A stretch of 32,000 nucleotides of DNA from Thermodesulfobacteriota bacterium (GCA_026625185.1 CP113000.1:1815622-1847621); one strand, 5' to 3'. Counted from the stretch's first letter, positions 1-8,426 are shown. The notes: generated from the letters alone by a model not told the origin. Translations and numbers: made by a program.

Positions 1-1329
1 GTTAAGATATTTACTGCTGACTCTAAGCACATAAATGGCTGGGGAACGGTGTTGATTGGAGGGATGAGGCTGGGCGGAGGAAATATCACCGGCACTGGTA
101 GCCTTGCGAGTCGAACTTTCAGCTCTGCCTATTTCTGTCTGGACATCACCGATCCGGCGAACCCCGAACTTCTCTGGGAGTATACCAACGCAGACCTTGG
201 GTACACATCATCGTATCCCGCAGTTGCCAAGGTCGGCACTAAGTGGTTTGCGGTCTTTGGCTCCGGCCCCACCAATCTCGCGAGAGGGGATTGTGATAAT
301 ACCGGTAAAAACGGAAAAATATTCATCGTTGACATTGCCGACGGAACTGCGTCCCAAGTATTTACGGCTACTGAATCCGGCGCTTTCTTTACTGATCCGA
401 TCGCGATTGACACTCAATTAGACTACAGTGTTGACCGCATATATATCGGGGAGACCTATGATGCCGGAACCACCTACGGAGGAAAAATGTACCGGCTGTG
501 GACAAAAAACAGTTCAGGCGTCGTCCAGGAGGATCCCGCGAGCTGGGTGACCCCTTCGGTCTTTTTTGATACAACCGCAACCGGAAAGAGTCAACCCCTT
601 ACCTCGGGCGCAACTGCCGCGTTTGATGAATCGCATAACCTGTGGGTCTATTTTGGGACCGGTAAATTTATGGGAACCATAGATAAATCCGATCCTTACC
701 AGCAGACCTTTTACGGAATTAAAGATCCCTGTTCAGTGCCAACCTGCACCACGACTGTCGCCAACAATGACACCTCGTTATTTAATTCCACGGGTGTAAC
801 CATTACTCAGACCGGCAGCAGTACAACAAGTCCGGTAACGGTTTCAGGAGCCGGCTCAATAACCACCTGGAACGCATTACTTGCCAATGTCGGCCAAGCG
901 AATGCTCATCCCGGAGGCTGGTATTTTAATCTATGGGCAAATACCGGGACTTCGAGCGACCCGAGTGAGCGGGTAATTTACCGTCCGGTTGCTTTTGGCG
1001 GAGTGGTCTTGTTTACAACTTTTATTCCTAACTACGATGTTTGTGGTTTTGGTGGAACAAGCTCCCTTTATGCTTTAAATTATCTCACCGGTACTGCTAA
1101 TAGCTCACCGGTAATTGGAACCTCGGGGACTGAAATTCGCAAAAAACAGGATCTCGGGTCAGGAATGGCTTCAGGAGTCGCCCTTCATGTTGTGGCGTCA
1201 GAAACCGGCGGGACTAGTAATGATGTTGAGAAAGCATATATTCAAATGAGCACCGGGGTGATCGTTCAAGCCGACATTACGACCTCTTTGGTGAGGTCAG
1301 GCACCACCGCCTGGAGAGAAACCAAATAA
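1..1329 (+). CDS. PilY1-like type IV pilus tip-associated protein, C-terminal beta-propeller region (5' end outside the window)
   Basis: Frame 1 is open from nt 1, with no stop before the first listed Met at 49, and ends at TAA 1327-1329. The translation has the PilY1/PilC C-terminal signature 'SSAYFCLDITDPANPELLWEY..DLGYTSSYPAVAKVGTKWFAVFGSGP', followed by Gly/Thr-rich propeller-like repeats. Confidence 0.7.
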   Translation, partial: VKIFTADSKHINGWGTVLIGGMRLGGGNITGTGSLASRTFSSAYFCLDITDPANPELLWEYTNADLGYTSSYPAVAKVGTKWFAVFGSGPTNLARGDCDNTGKNGKIFIVDIADGTASQVFTATESGAFFTDPIAIDTQLDYSVDRIYIGETYDAGTTYGGKMYRLWTKNSSGVVQEDPASWVTPSVFFDTTATGKSQPLTSGATAAFDESHNLWVYFGTGKFMGTIDKSDPYQQTFYGIKDPCSVPTCTTTVANNDTSLFNSTGVTITQTGSSTTSPVTVSGAGSITTWNALLANVGQANAHPGGWYFNLWANTGTSSDPSERVIYRPVAFGGVVLFTTFIPNYDVCGFGGTSSLYALNYLTGTANSSPVIGTSGTEIRKKQDLGSGMASGVALHVVASETGGTSNDVEKAYIQMSTGVIVQADITTSLVRSGTTAWRETK

Positions 1330-1419
1330 AGTATGGTTCGTTAACCCGCAACTTTTGAAAGGACAAAGGCATCAGAATCAAAAATTTGACAAAATAAATA
1401 AATTGTGGGAAAAAGATAA

Positions 1420-1465
1420 GGTTGCTTCGATCTGCGCGCAGCAGGTTCAAGCAACCTCGATTTTC
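1420..1465 (+). terminator. Hairpin plus T-run downstream of the PilY1-like gene
   Basis: An 8-bp stem GGTTGCTT (1420-1427) / AAGCAACC (1449-1456) encloses the palindrome CTGCGCGCAG and is followed by TCGATTTTCC. Confidence 0.45.
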
Positions 1466-1537
1466 CCGGCTTTAACGCTTTTTTTATTAGGTATAGAAGA
1501 AAAAACAAACAAGGGGCACCTTTTAGGGAGCAAGCGC

Positions 1538-2284
1538 ATGAAAAAAAGTTTTATTCTTTTTTTAGCTTTTTGTTTTTTAACCTGTTTGGGCGGTTGTAAG
1601 GGGAAGAAGCAAGGAGAGGGTAAGCCGGGTACGTCTCACGCTGAAAAAAATGAGAAAAAGACGGTTGCTCCCCCTGCGCCCAATTATGCGCCAAAAGTTG
1701 TTGGGGCAAAAATAGTTCCTGATCCGGCGTATGCTAACAGGGACCTTAAGGTGGAGGTGAATGCCGAAGATCCGGAAAAAGATTTAATTGAGCTCAAATA
1801 TCAATGGATTAAATTTATGGGAGAAGGTCCGGTACGGACGGCAGTAAACCTTGAGGGGGAAACCGACCCAACGCTTTCCCACGATAAATTTGTCCATGGA
1901 GATGTTGTTGCCGTAAGGATAACCCCTTTTGACTGGAAGGGCGCTGAAGGACAAATGTATCAAACGAAACTTTTAGTCATCAGGAATTCACCGCCGGAAA
2001 TAATTTCATTACCTCCGGAAAATATTTCCGGCCCTCTTTTTACGTACCCGGTTAAAGTAAAAGACATGGATAATGACCCGATCACCTTATCTCTCTGTGA
2101 AAGCGTGCCCAAGGGAATGACTATTAACCCGACTACCGGTCTTATCACCTGGGCCATCCCCCCCGGCGTAACCGGAACCTTTTCGGTTACGGTAAATGGT
2201 GACGATGGTCACGGCGGAACATGTTATCAAAAGTTGAACCTTACCCTAACCGCCCCGCCAAAACCGAAAGAAGGAAAGGAATAA
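1538..2284 (+). CDS. Lipoprotein with Ig-like / cadherin-like (putative-Ig, dystroglycan-type) repeats
   Basis: An internal ATG at 1538 is preceded by AGGGAG (1525-1530). The N-terminus 'MKKSFILFLAFCFLTCLGGC' is a signal peptide with an LGGC lipobox. 'PITLSLCESVPKGMTINPTTGLITWAIPPGVTGTFSVTV' is typical of putative-Ig domains. The track ORF start at 1355 is probably too far upstream. Confidence 0.6.
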   Translation: MKKSFILFLAFCFLTCLGGCKGKKQGEGKPGTSHAEKNEKKTVAPPAPNYAPKVVGAKIVPDPAYANRDLKVEVNAEDPEKDLIELKYQWIKFMGEGPVRTAVNLEGETDPTLSHDKFVHGDVVAVRITPFDWKGAEGQMYQTKLLVIRNSPPEIISLPPENISGPLFTYPVKVKDMDNDPITLSLCESVPKGMTINPTTGLITWAIPPGVTGTFSVTVNGDDGHGGTCYQKLNLTLTAPPKPKEGKE

Positions 2285-2291
2285 CAAGCCG

Positions 2292-2852
2292 GTGCACGGG
2301 TCGCGAAGGATGAAGGATACCAAGGTAAAATCCCGAAAGGAGCTTATTCCGATCATTGAACATTTACATAGGGAAGGGAAAAAGATCGCCCTTACCAATG
2401 GATGCTTTGACATTCTCCATGTGGGGCACATCCACTCGTTCCGAGAAGCCAAAAAACAGAGCGATATTCTTATTGTTGCTTTAAACAGCGACGAGTCGGT
2501 CCGTGCTTTGAAAGGAAAAGAAAGGCCTTTTGTTCCTGAAGACCAGCGGGCGGAAGTCCTCGCAGCGATGAGCGATGTGGATTATGTGGTAATTTTTAAT
2601 GAGCTCGATCCGCTTTCCATTATCACTGACCTTGAACCCGATGTTTTGGTAAAAGGGGAAGATTGGGCGGAGGGAACCATTATCGGCCAGGATGCAGTGG
2701 AAGCCAGAGGAGGAAAGGTTATACGGGTCTCCTTAAAAAAGGGAGTGTCCACTACTAATTTGATCAAAAAAATAAAAACATCTGTCAGAACTTCTCCCCA
2801 AAATGCCTCCTGCCTTTCTTATTGCTTGCCTCCTCACTATAATAAAAGGTAA
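2292..2852 (+). CDS. hldC: D-glycero-beta-D-manno-heptose-1-phosphate adenylyltransferase (RfaE domain II / cytidylyltransferase fold)
   Basis: 'NGCFDILHVGHIHSFREAK..ALNSDESVRALKGKERPFVPEDQRAEVLAAMSDVDYVVIF..PDVLVKGEDW' matches the stand-alone RfaE-II/HldC pattern, including the HxGH nucleotidyltransferase motif. The start is either GTG 2292 or ATG 2310. Confidence 0.75.
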   Translation: MHGSRRMKDTKVKSRKELIPIIEHLHREGKKIALTNGCFDILHVGHIHSFREAKKQSDILIVALNSDESVRALKGKERPFVPEDQRAEVLAAMSDVDYVVIFNELDPLSIITDLEPDVLVKGEDWAEGTIIGQDAVEARGGKVIRVSLKKGVSTTNLIKKIKTSVRTSPQNASCLSYCLPPHYNKR

Positions 2853-2874
2853 TTATAAATAATAATAAAGCGCT

Positions 2875-3132
2875 ATGAAGGTAGAGAAAGCCGACCGCAA
2901 AATCCCGATTTCCATCACTTCAAGAAGGAAGATGGCGCGGATTACCATTGGGGTGGATGCCTCTACGCCAATACATTTGGAATTTGCCCCAGCGAACACT
3001 ATCCCCTGGATGATTCACGATTTTATTTTCAACCAAAAGTTAGAATTTCACGTTTTTGGTGTTCGAGGAGGGAAAATTCCTGATTCCGAGCTTGAAATTG
3101 AGTGGCTTTCAATACGGTGGAACCAACATTAG
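2875..3132 (+). CDS. Hypothetical small protein (85 aa), weak call
   Basis: This is the only sizeable ORF in a 360-nt gap. It has no Shine-Dalgarno sequence before ATG 2875 and no family I recognise. Confidence 0.3.
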   Translation: MKVEKADRKIPISITSRRKMARITIGVDASTPIHLEFAPANTIPWMIHDFIFNQKLEFHVFGVRGGKIPDSELEIEWLSIRWNQH

Positions 3133-3184
3133 CAATGAATTATCTAATAACCATTCTTACACTTTTTCACCTAGGGTGAATGTT

Positions 3185-3208
3185 CCGTGTGTAATACTTC
3201 TAACGGGG
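3185..3208. repeat. Copy of the TTCTAACGGGG palindromic unit
   Basis: CCGTGTGTAATACTTCTAACGGGG. The 12-mer CTTCTAACGGGG (3197-3208) is identical to 10390-10401, and the left arm CCGTG matches 10380-10384. Confidence 0.5.
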
Positions 3209-3236
3209 AAAAAGATTGGAAGAGGCAAAAAACTCT

Positions 3237-4106
3237 ATGGATTCATTAGCATTGATTGATCTTCACATTCATACGTCAGCATCCGACGGCACTTTTTCTC
3301 CCCAGGAAATTGTGAGTATGGCAAAGGGAAAAGGGCTGAAGGCAGTTAGTATTACTGACCACGATACGGTTGATGGAAATGAAGAGGCCATAAAAGCTGG
3401 GATAGAAATAGGATTGGAAGTAGTTCCGGGGGTAGAAATCAGCGTGGAGTGGGAGGGGCGGCCGGTTCATATTTTAGGCTATTATATTGACGTGAAAAAT
3501 TTAATTCTCCAGTCAACTCTCAAAAATCTGATCGCCTTTCGCGAGGAACGTAATCCCCAAATCATAAAACTACTTAATTCTTTGGGCTTAAATATTTCGT
3601 ATGAGGAGGTTAAAGCTATAGCCGGTGATGGGACAGCAATAGGACGTCCGCATTTTGCCCAGGCACTGGTCGAAAAAGGCTATGTAAAAAATGGAGATGC
3701 CGCATTTAAAAAGTACTTAAAAAGAGGGGGACCTGCTTATGTTGAAAAAAAACGCTTAACCCCCCACGAGGGAATTCAAATAATCAAGAATGCTTCGGGA
3801 ATCCCGGTATTGGCTCACCCTTACAATGTTGACGGAATAAAAAACAAGGATTTAGAACTCTTCATTCTTCAGTTCAAGGAGATGGGAATCGAGGGAATCG
3901 AGGTATATTATCCCTTGCACAATTCTCAACAGACATTAAAGCTTAAAAATTTTGCTGAAAAATATGGTCTGTACATAACCGGAGGAACTGATTTTCATGG
4001 GGAACAAAAGCCTGACATTAAGCTCGGGAGTGGCTTTGGCGCTCTTAAGATCCCTTATGAATTGATAATTAAGATGAAAGAAAAGCAGGAGGCTAAACCC
4101 CGTTAG
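3237..4106 (+). CDS. PHP-domain metal-dependent phosphoesterase (TrpH/YciV-like)
   Basis: The N-terminal 'IDLHIHTSASDGTFSPQEIV..AVSITDHDTVDG' is the PHP His/Asp metal motif. 'GRPHFAQALVEKGY' and 'LAHP' are also typical. An alternative TTG start lies at 3216. Confidence 0.85.
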   Translation: MDSLALIDLHIHTSASDGTFSPQEIVSMAKGKGLKAVSITDHDTVDGNEEAIKAGIEIGLEVVPGVEISVEWEGRPVHILGYYIDVKNLILQSTLKNLIAFREERNPQIIKLLNSLGLNISYEEVKAIAGDGTAIGRPHFAQALVEKGYVKNGDAAFKKYLKRGGPAYVEKKRLTPHEGIQIIKNASGIPVLAHPYNVDGIKNKDLELFILQFKEMGIEGIEVYYPLHNSQQTLKLKNFAEKYGLYITGGTDFHGEQKPDIKLGSGFGALKIPYELIIKMKEKQEAKPR

Positions 4107-4149
4107 CTATTTTATATCTAACGGGGCATTTCTAACTGGGTTTGTCCGG
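4098..4149. repeat. Perfect hairpin copy plus tandem half-copy of the TTCTAACGGGG unit (possible terminator of the PHP gene)
   Basis: CCCCGTTAG (4098-4106, containing the TAG stop) pairs with CTAACGGGG (4118-4126) across an 11-nt loop. It is followed by TTCTAACTGGGTTTGTCCGG (4130-4149), which resembles TTCTAACGGGGTTTGCCGG at 10391-10409. Confidence 0.55.
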
Positions 4150-4166
4150 TTGACAAAACAAAACTT

Positions 4167-5102
4167 ATGAGTAAGATTCACCCCCTCACGCTTCAGGACC
4201 TTTCGTTGATAAAAGCGTATCTTCGCCGCTACCCCCCTCAGATATCCGAGTTAACTTTTACTAACCTCTTTGTTTGGCGTACTTCCCGACCTATTTTCGT
4301 TGCAGATATAGAAGACACGCTCATTCTTCTCGCTGACTTTCGACAGGATGGTTGGTGGGCCTTCGGTCCCCCTTTGGGAAAATTATCACTTTTGACAGCA
4401 GTGCAGCGGCTCGGAATGGACATTAAGGGGTTTACCAGGATTCCTGAAGACACCGCAAAAACACTGAGAGCCGAAGGGCTAAACGTCATCCCTGATCGGG
4501 ATAACGCAGACTATGTTTATCGCATATCCGACCTGGCAGATCTTGCCGGGGCGAAGTATCACAAGAAACGAAATTTAATAAAACAATGTTTGCAAAAATA
4601 TCAGTGCCAGTACGAGGAAATTAATTTGAAGAATATCCCGGAGTGCATAGCAATGCAGGATCAATGGTGCACGATACGCGAATGCGGCCGTAATCCCGGT
4701 TTGTGTCACGAATATAATGCTATTCGTGATGCCTTTACCTATTTTGAACTTTTCAACCTTATTGGTGGCGCGATCCGGGAAAATGGGTTTATTAAAGCGT
4801 ATGCCCTTGGAGAAGAATTAGCGCCCAATACCGCGGTGTGGCATTTTGAGAAAGCCATGCCCGATATTCAGGGTCTCGGTCAGCTTATTAATCAATGGTT
4901 TTCTTTGAAGGCGTTACGGGGTTTTTATTTTGTGAACCGTGAGCAAGACTTGGGCATTGCGGGATTGCGTCAGGCAAAAGAAAGCTACTATCCTCACCAT
5001 ATGGTTGAAAAGTTTGCCGCGATTATGCCATCAGCGGGCATGAAAAATTTACAGCTGCCAGACCCGAAAGAGTGCGATCGGCATACTATAGTACCGGAAT
5101 AA
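4167..5102 (+). CDS. DUF2156 protein (MprF C-terminal-like, GNAT-fold acyl/aminoacyl transferase family)
   Basis: 'LTFTNLFVWR', 'DNADYVYRISDLADLAGAKYHKKRNLIKQC' and 'EQDLGIAGLRQAKESYYP' match the DUF2156 pattern as I remember it. Confidence 0.7.
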   Translation: MSKIHPLTLQDLSLIKAYLRRYPPQISELTFTNLFVWRTSRPIFVADIEDTLILLADFRQDGWWAFGPPLGKLSLLTAVQRLGMDIKGFTRIPEDTAKTLRAEGLNVIPDRDNADYVYRISDLADLAGAKYHKKRNLIKQCLQKYQCQYEEINLKNIPECIAMQDQWCTIRECGRNPGLCHEYNAIRDAFTYFELFNLIGGAIRENGFIKAYALGEELAPNTAVWHFEKAMPDIQGLGQLINQWFSLKALRGFYFVNREQDLGIAGLRQAKESYYPHHMVEKFAAIMPSAGMKNLQLPDPKECDRHTIVPE

Positions 5103-5125
5103 AAAACCCTGCGATGGTTGCAGGG
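5101..5125 (-). terminator. Intrinsic terminator (minus strand), probably bidirectional
   Basis: On the minus strand, CCCTGC-AACCATC-GCAGGG is followed directly by TTTTTT (the plus-strand A-run at 5101-5106). On the plus strand the same hairpin follows the DUF2156 stop and precedes GGGTTTT. Confidence 0.65.
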
Positions 5126-5232
5126 CGGTAGGGTTTTAGGAGAGGTATAATTTTTGGGCTCAGCAGAGTTTCGGTTTTAGTTTCAAAGAGCTGTTTTCTG
5201 AATTTCTCTCCATGCTGGTCGGATAGTTCTTT

Positions 5233-5469
5233 TTATAGACCCTTAAAGGTACTGTATTCTGCTTTTAACTCCACATCTTGATTATTCCCTCCCAAAATCT
5301 CTTTCAGGGTAAAAAAAGAATTGACCTTGATCTTGATCATTGCAAATAAACAAATCTTCACCCAACTGGCGAGATTTTTAAGCTTTATGGGAGGCGGAGG
5401 GATCTTCAAACACTTTGTGGAGAGCACTCTTAATAAATGAGAAAAATGAAGGATGATGTAAAAAAGCAT
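5233..5469 (-). CDS. Hypothetical 78-aa ORF between pabC and the terminator (doubtful)
   Basis: It starts 5 nt after the pabC stop and lies upstream of the 5101-5125 terminator, so it is probably transcribed. The sequence is low-complexity and I recognise no family. Confidence 0.25.
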   Translation of the reverse strand: MLFYIILHFSHLLRVLSTKCLKIPPPPIKLKNLASWVKICLFAMIKIKVNSFFTLKEILGGNNQDVELKAEYSTFKGL

Positions 5470-5473
5470 AAGC

Positions 5474-6307
5474 CTAACCTTTTTGAAGGCAAAAGTCTCG
5501 TATGCAGCGCCATTCCTTTAGAATGACTTTTGGCTTTTCAGGGGAAAATTCTTGGTCTTCAATCCGTTTTACCGGGCAAATCTCTAGGATAGCGGAGGTA
5601 ATGAAAGCTCCTTCAACCTTTTTGAGATCTTTCTTGGTCAAAGAATCTTCGAGAAACCCATAAGTTTTAATAGCCCCCAAGGAAAGGAGATTTTGCCTCA
5701 TAATTCCATTTAAAAGCGGAAGTTCTTTCGGAGGGGTAATAATTTTGTCCTTGATGATAACAAAGAGGTTGGCGGTTGACGTTTCCAGGACTTGCCTTTC
5801 ACAATTGAGAATGATCGCATCAGAGAAACCATTTTTTTGGGCAAAGGTTTTATGGGTAAGATTGGAAAGATAGCTGATGGTCTTGTGTTGATAGATAGAC
5901 TCATTCCCGCGCAACTCCGGCGAGATACATAAGCCTACTGGCCTAAGGGGCTGGGGGATCAAAGGGAAAGCTAAAACCAGCATGGTGGGAGGCTCGCCTT
6001 CGTAATTATAAACCCGGTTTTTAAAGTCGCATCCCCGGCTCACCATGATTTTTATTCGTGCGTTTTTTAGCCGGTTTATTTTAAGGAGCCGGCCGATGAC
6101 TCCGGGCAAACCCGGGTCAGAAAATTTAATCCCGAAAAATTGACAGGAAGATCGGAGGCGAGCGATATGTTGATCAATAAACAGGGGAACGGAATTTTCT
6201 ACTTTGAGCGTGGTAAAGATACCATCTCCGAAAAGTAAACCCCGATCAAAAACTTTTAGTAAGGATTTATTCTCTGCGTAATAATTACCATTGAAAAATA
6301 TTTTCAT
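5474..6307 (-). CDS. pabC: Aminodeoxychorismate lyase (class IV aminotransferase fold)
   Basis: 'FDRGLLFGDGIFTTLKV' is the class IV N-terminal motif. The gene is 277 aa, and its start overlaps the pabB stop by 4 nt (6304-6307). Confidence 0.75.
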   Translation of the reverse strand: MKIFFNGNYYAENKSLLKVFDRGLLFGDGIFTTLKVENSVPLFIDQHIARLRSSCQFFGIKFSDPGLPGVIGRLLKINRLKNARIKIMVSRGCDFKNRVYNYEGEPPTMLVLAFPLIPQPLRPVGLCISPELRGNESIYQHKTISYLSNLTHKTFAQKNGFSDAIILNCERQVLETSTANLFVIIKDKIITPPKELPLLNGIMRQNLLSLGAIKTYGFLEDSLTKKDLKKVEGAFITSAILEICPVKRIEDQEFSPEKPKVILKEWRCIRDFCLQKG

Positions 6308-7680
6308 AATAACACCTTCATTATGCTCTGGACTTTTTCCAGCGTCTCTTCATATTCTCTTTTGGGGATCGAGTCATAAACAACAGCTCCACCAGCGTTG
6401 AAATAAAGACGGTTGGTTTTAGCAATGATCGTGCGGATCACAATACTCGAATCAAAATGATGATCATTGCCGATAAAAATCATACCCGTATAAAGATTGC
6501 GGGCATATTTTTCCAATTCATCAATAATCTCCATGCTTCTTATTTTTGGGCAACCGGTGATTGACCCTCCCGGAAAACAGGCCCGGATAAGCGAACCATA
6601 GCTCTCGTCTTTTTTTAGTCTGCCTTCCACAATGGAAATGAGGTGCCAAACGTTAGAAAATCCCTCGATCCTTTTATGTTCCCGAACCCGCACACTCCCG
6701 TAGTCACAGACCTTGCCGAGGTCATTTCTTAATAAATCTACAATCATTGATAGCTCGGCATCTTCTTTTTCCGAACCGGCAAGCAGGAGACGGTTTTTCC
6801 GGTCCTCTTCTTTTGTCTTTCCTCGGCAAATAGTGCCTTTGATGGGGCGGGTTTCTACCTGATCTCCGTCTGCTTTGAGAAATCTCTCCGGCGAATTAGA
6901 GATGATAATACTATCGCCAAAGTTCAGGAAAGCTGAAAAAGGCGCCGGGTTGATTTGAAAAAGGTTGAAAAAAATGCCGTATGGATCACCATGGTATTGC
7001 GCCTCGAACCGATGGGAGAGGTTAACCTCATATACATCACCTTTCTTGATATAATCGATTATTTTTTTAATTAAACTTACATATTCTTCCTCCCGGCAAC
7101 AGGATTTTGGCGATTCAACGGCGTAATTACCCAATGCCCCTGTTCTTTTTTTGAAGAGCGCTTGAAAATCATCAGGATCATTAAACCCGTCTCCGATATC
7201 CACTTGAGCCAGAAATACGATTTTTTGTTGATAGTCAAAAATGAGCAGGTCTTGATAATAAACCATTTCCATTATCGGCATATTCAAATCATCAAGGGTG
7301 GTTTTGGGTAGGTTCTCAATGAAATGGGCGGCATCATAGGAAAGGTAACCAATCGCCCCCCATAATGATAGGGGACGGGGGTAAGTTTTCAAGGGGTAAA
7401 AATTGAGGGCTTCCCCAAGGAGCTGAAAAGGATCACAAGCAATGATTGTGTCCCGGTTATGAAAGTTCACGGTAGCCTTAGTTCCATTGTGTTTGACTTT
7501 AAGAAAAGGGTTGATGCCGATATAGGCATAGCGAGCATTATCCCGGTTTCCCTTTCCACAAAGGAGAGCAGAGTAAGTTTTTTGTCCCACCTGGGAAAAT
7601 ATCAATTCCGGATCAATAAAGGGATCGAGCGTTTTTTGGCGAAAGGATTTTATGGAGGGAAAGATTTTAGAATGGTTCAT
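6304..7680 (-). CDS. pabB: Aminodeoxychorismate synthase component I (chorismate-binding enzyme)
   Basis: 'SPERFL', 'ETRPIKGT', 'AELSMIVDLLRNDLGKV' and 'FPGGSITGCPKIRSMEIIDELE' are chorismate-utilising enzyme motifs. The 458-aa length and position between pabA and pabC favour PabB over TrpE. Confidence 0.85.
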   Translation of the reverse strand: MNHSKIFPSIKSFRQKTLDPFIDPELIFSQVGQKTYSALLCGKGNRDNARYAYIGINPFLKVKHNGTKATVNFHNRDTIIACDPFQLLGEALNFYPLKTYPRPLSLWGAIGYLSYDAAHFIENLPKTTLDDLNMPIMEMVYYQDLLIFDYQQKIVFLAQVDIGDGFNDPDDFQALFKKRTGALGNYAVESPKSCCREEEYVSLIKKIIDYIKKGDVYEVNLSHRFEAQYHGDPYGIFFNLFQINPAPFSAFLNFGDSIIISNSPERFLKADGDQVETRPIKGTICRGKTKEEDRKNRLLLAGSEKEDAELSMIVDLLRNDLGKVCDYGSVRVREHKRIEGFSNVWHLISIVEGRLKKDESYGSLIRACFPGGSITGCPKIRSMEIIDELEKYARNLYTGMIFIGNDHHFDSSIVIRTIIAKTNRLYFNAGGAVVYDSIPKREYEETLEKVQSIMKVLL

Positions 7681-8255
7681 GCCGTTAAAAAAGTCAAAAA
7701 ATTTTTAATTATGGTTCTCCCTCCCTCGGTCAAAAAAGACTCAGGATGGAACTGCAACCCGAAAACCGGATATTTTTTGTGGTGAATAGCCATGGGTATA
7801 TTCCCCTGCTCGGTAAAGGCGTCAATCTCTAAACAAGAGGGGATCTTATCAATAATGAGAGAGTGGTACCGGGCTACTTTTAAGGGGTTGTGAAGATAAA
7901 GAAAAAGATTTTTATTATTATGGCAAATAAGACTTGTTTTTCCATGGACGGGCAGATCTGCTTCCCGAGTTTCTCCGCCAAAAACTTCATTTATACACTG
8001 CATTCCGAGACACACCCCCAAAATGGGCACTTTGTCGCTGAACATTCTTATTATATTTTTAGAAAGCCCGGCATCTTTAGGCGCTTTTGGACCAGGTGAG
8101 ATTACAATGCCATCGGGGGAAAAATCGTTGATAGAGTTTAAGTCCAACTGGTCATTCCGATTAACCTTCATTTCTACCGAGGCATTGCTCAGGATGAGTT
8201 GCACCAAATTATACGTGAAAGAATCGTAGTTATCTACCATTAATATCCGGATCAT
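7677..8255 (-). CDS. pabA: Aminodeoxychorismate/anthranilate synthase glutamine amidotransferase component II
   Basis: 'ILMVDNYDSFTYNLVQ', 'GVCLGMQ' (catalytic Cys) and 'LQFHPES' are class I GATase (TrpG/PabA) motifs. There is a 4-nt overlap with pabB. Confidence 0.85.
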   Translation of the reverse strand: MIRILMVDNYDSFTYNLVQLILSNASVEMKVNRNDQLDLNSINDFSPDGIVISPGPKAPKDAGLSKNIIRMFSDKVPILGVCLGMQCINEVFGGETREADLPVHGKTSLICHNNKNLFLYLHNPLKVARYHSLIIDKIPSCLEIDAFTEQGNIPMAIHHKKYPVFGLQFHPESFLTEGGRTIIKNFLTFLTA

Positions 8256-8426
8256 GAGCTAAATGAAAAAAACTTATTGTATACTTTTGATTATTGTTTG
8301 GCTACCCGGGAACATCTAATACCAAGTCACCTTCATTTGCCTACCTTTATTGGCTCCTCGTCATACTCCTCGACGTCGATTCCTTGTCGCCGCCTCGATT
8401 TGCTTTTGAATGCAACTGGGTATAAC
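8256..8426 (-). promoter_or_regulatory. Structured leader of about 170 nt for the pabABC operon (candidate cis-regulatory RNA)
   Basis: The 22-nt arms at 8402-8423 and 8319-8340 can pair on the minus-strand transcript at 17 of 22 positions (15 Watson-Crick plus 2 G-U). They enclose a G/A-rich core that contains the palindrome TCGACGTCGA (8370-8379). The leader begins just downstream of the predicted -10 element. Confidence 0.4.

Noticed and set aside
2875-3132. Idea that the 85-aa ORF is a PilZ (c-di-GMP binding) domain, because it contains RRKMAR (RRxxxR).
   Set aside because: The second PilZ motif (D/N)xSxxG is missing at the expected spacing of about 20-30 residues. 'DASTPI' lies only 6 residues away and lacks the Gly. 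The evidence is insufficient, so I kept it as a low-confidence hypothetical.
4150-4155. Consensus TTGACA hexamer upstream of the DUF2156 gene as a -35 box.
   Set aside because: It ends only 11 nt before the ATG, so any -10 element would fall inside the coding sequence. It is more probably the tail of the REP-like unit.
8316-8336. Mini-ORF MKVTWY* (minus strand) in the pab leader as a Trp/Tyr-sensing leader peptide.
   Set aside because: It has a single Trp codon and only a marginal RBS. It lies within one arm of the long stem, and there is no obvious terminator/anti-terminator pair. This is too speculative.
8256-8426. Assignment of the pab leader to the THF, THF-II (folE) or ZTP (pfl) riboswitch classes.
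   Set aside because: I could not find the conserved cores, for example the CCGCCUGGGC-type 3' element of ZTP. I left it as an unclassified structured leader pending a covariance-model search.
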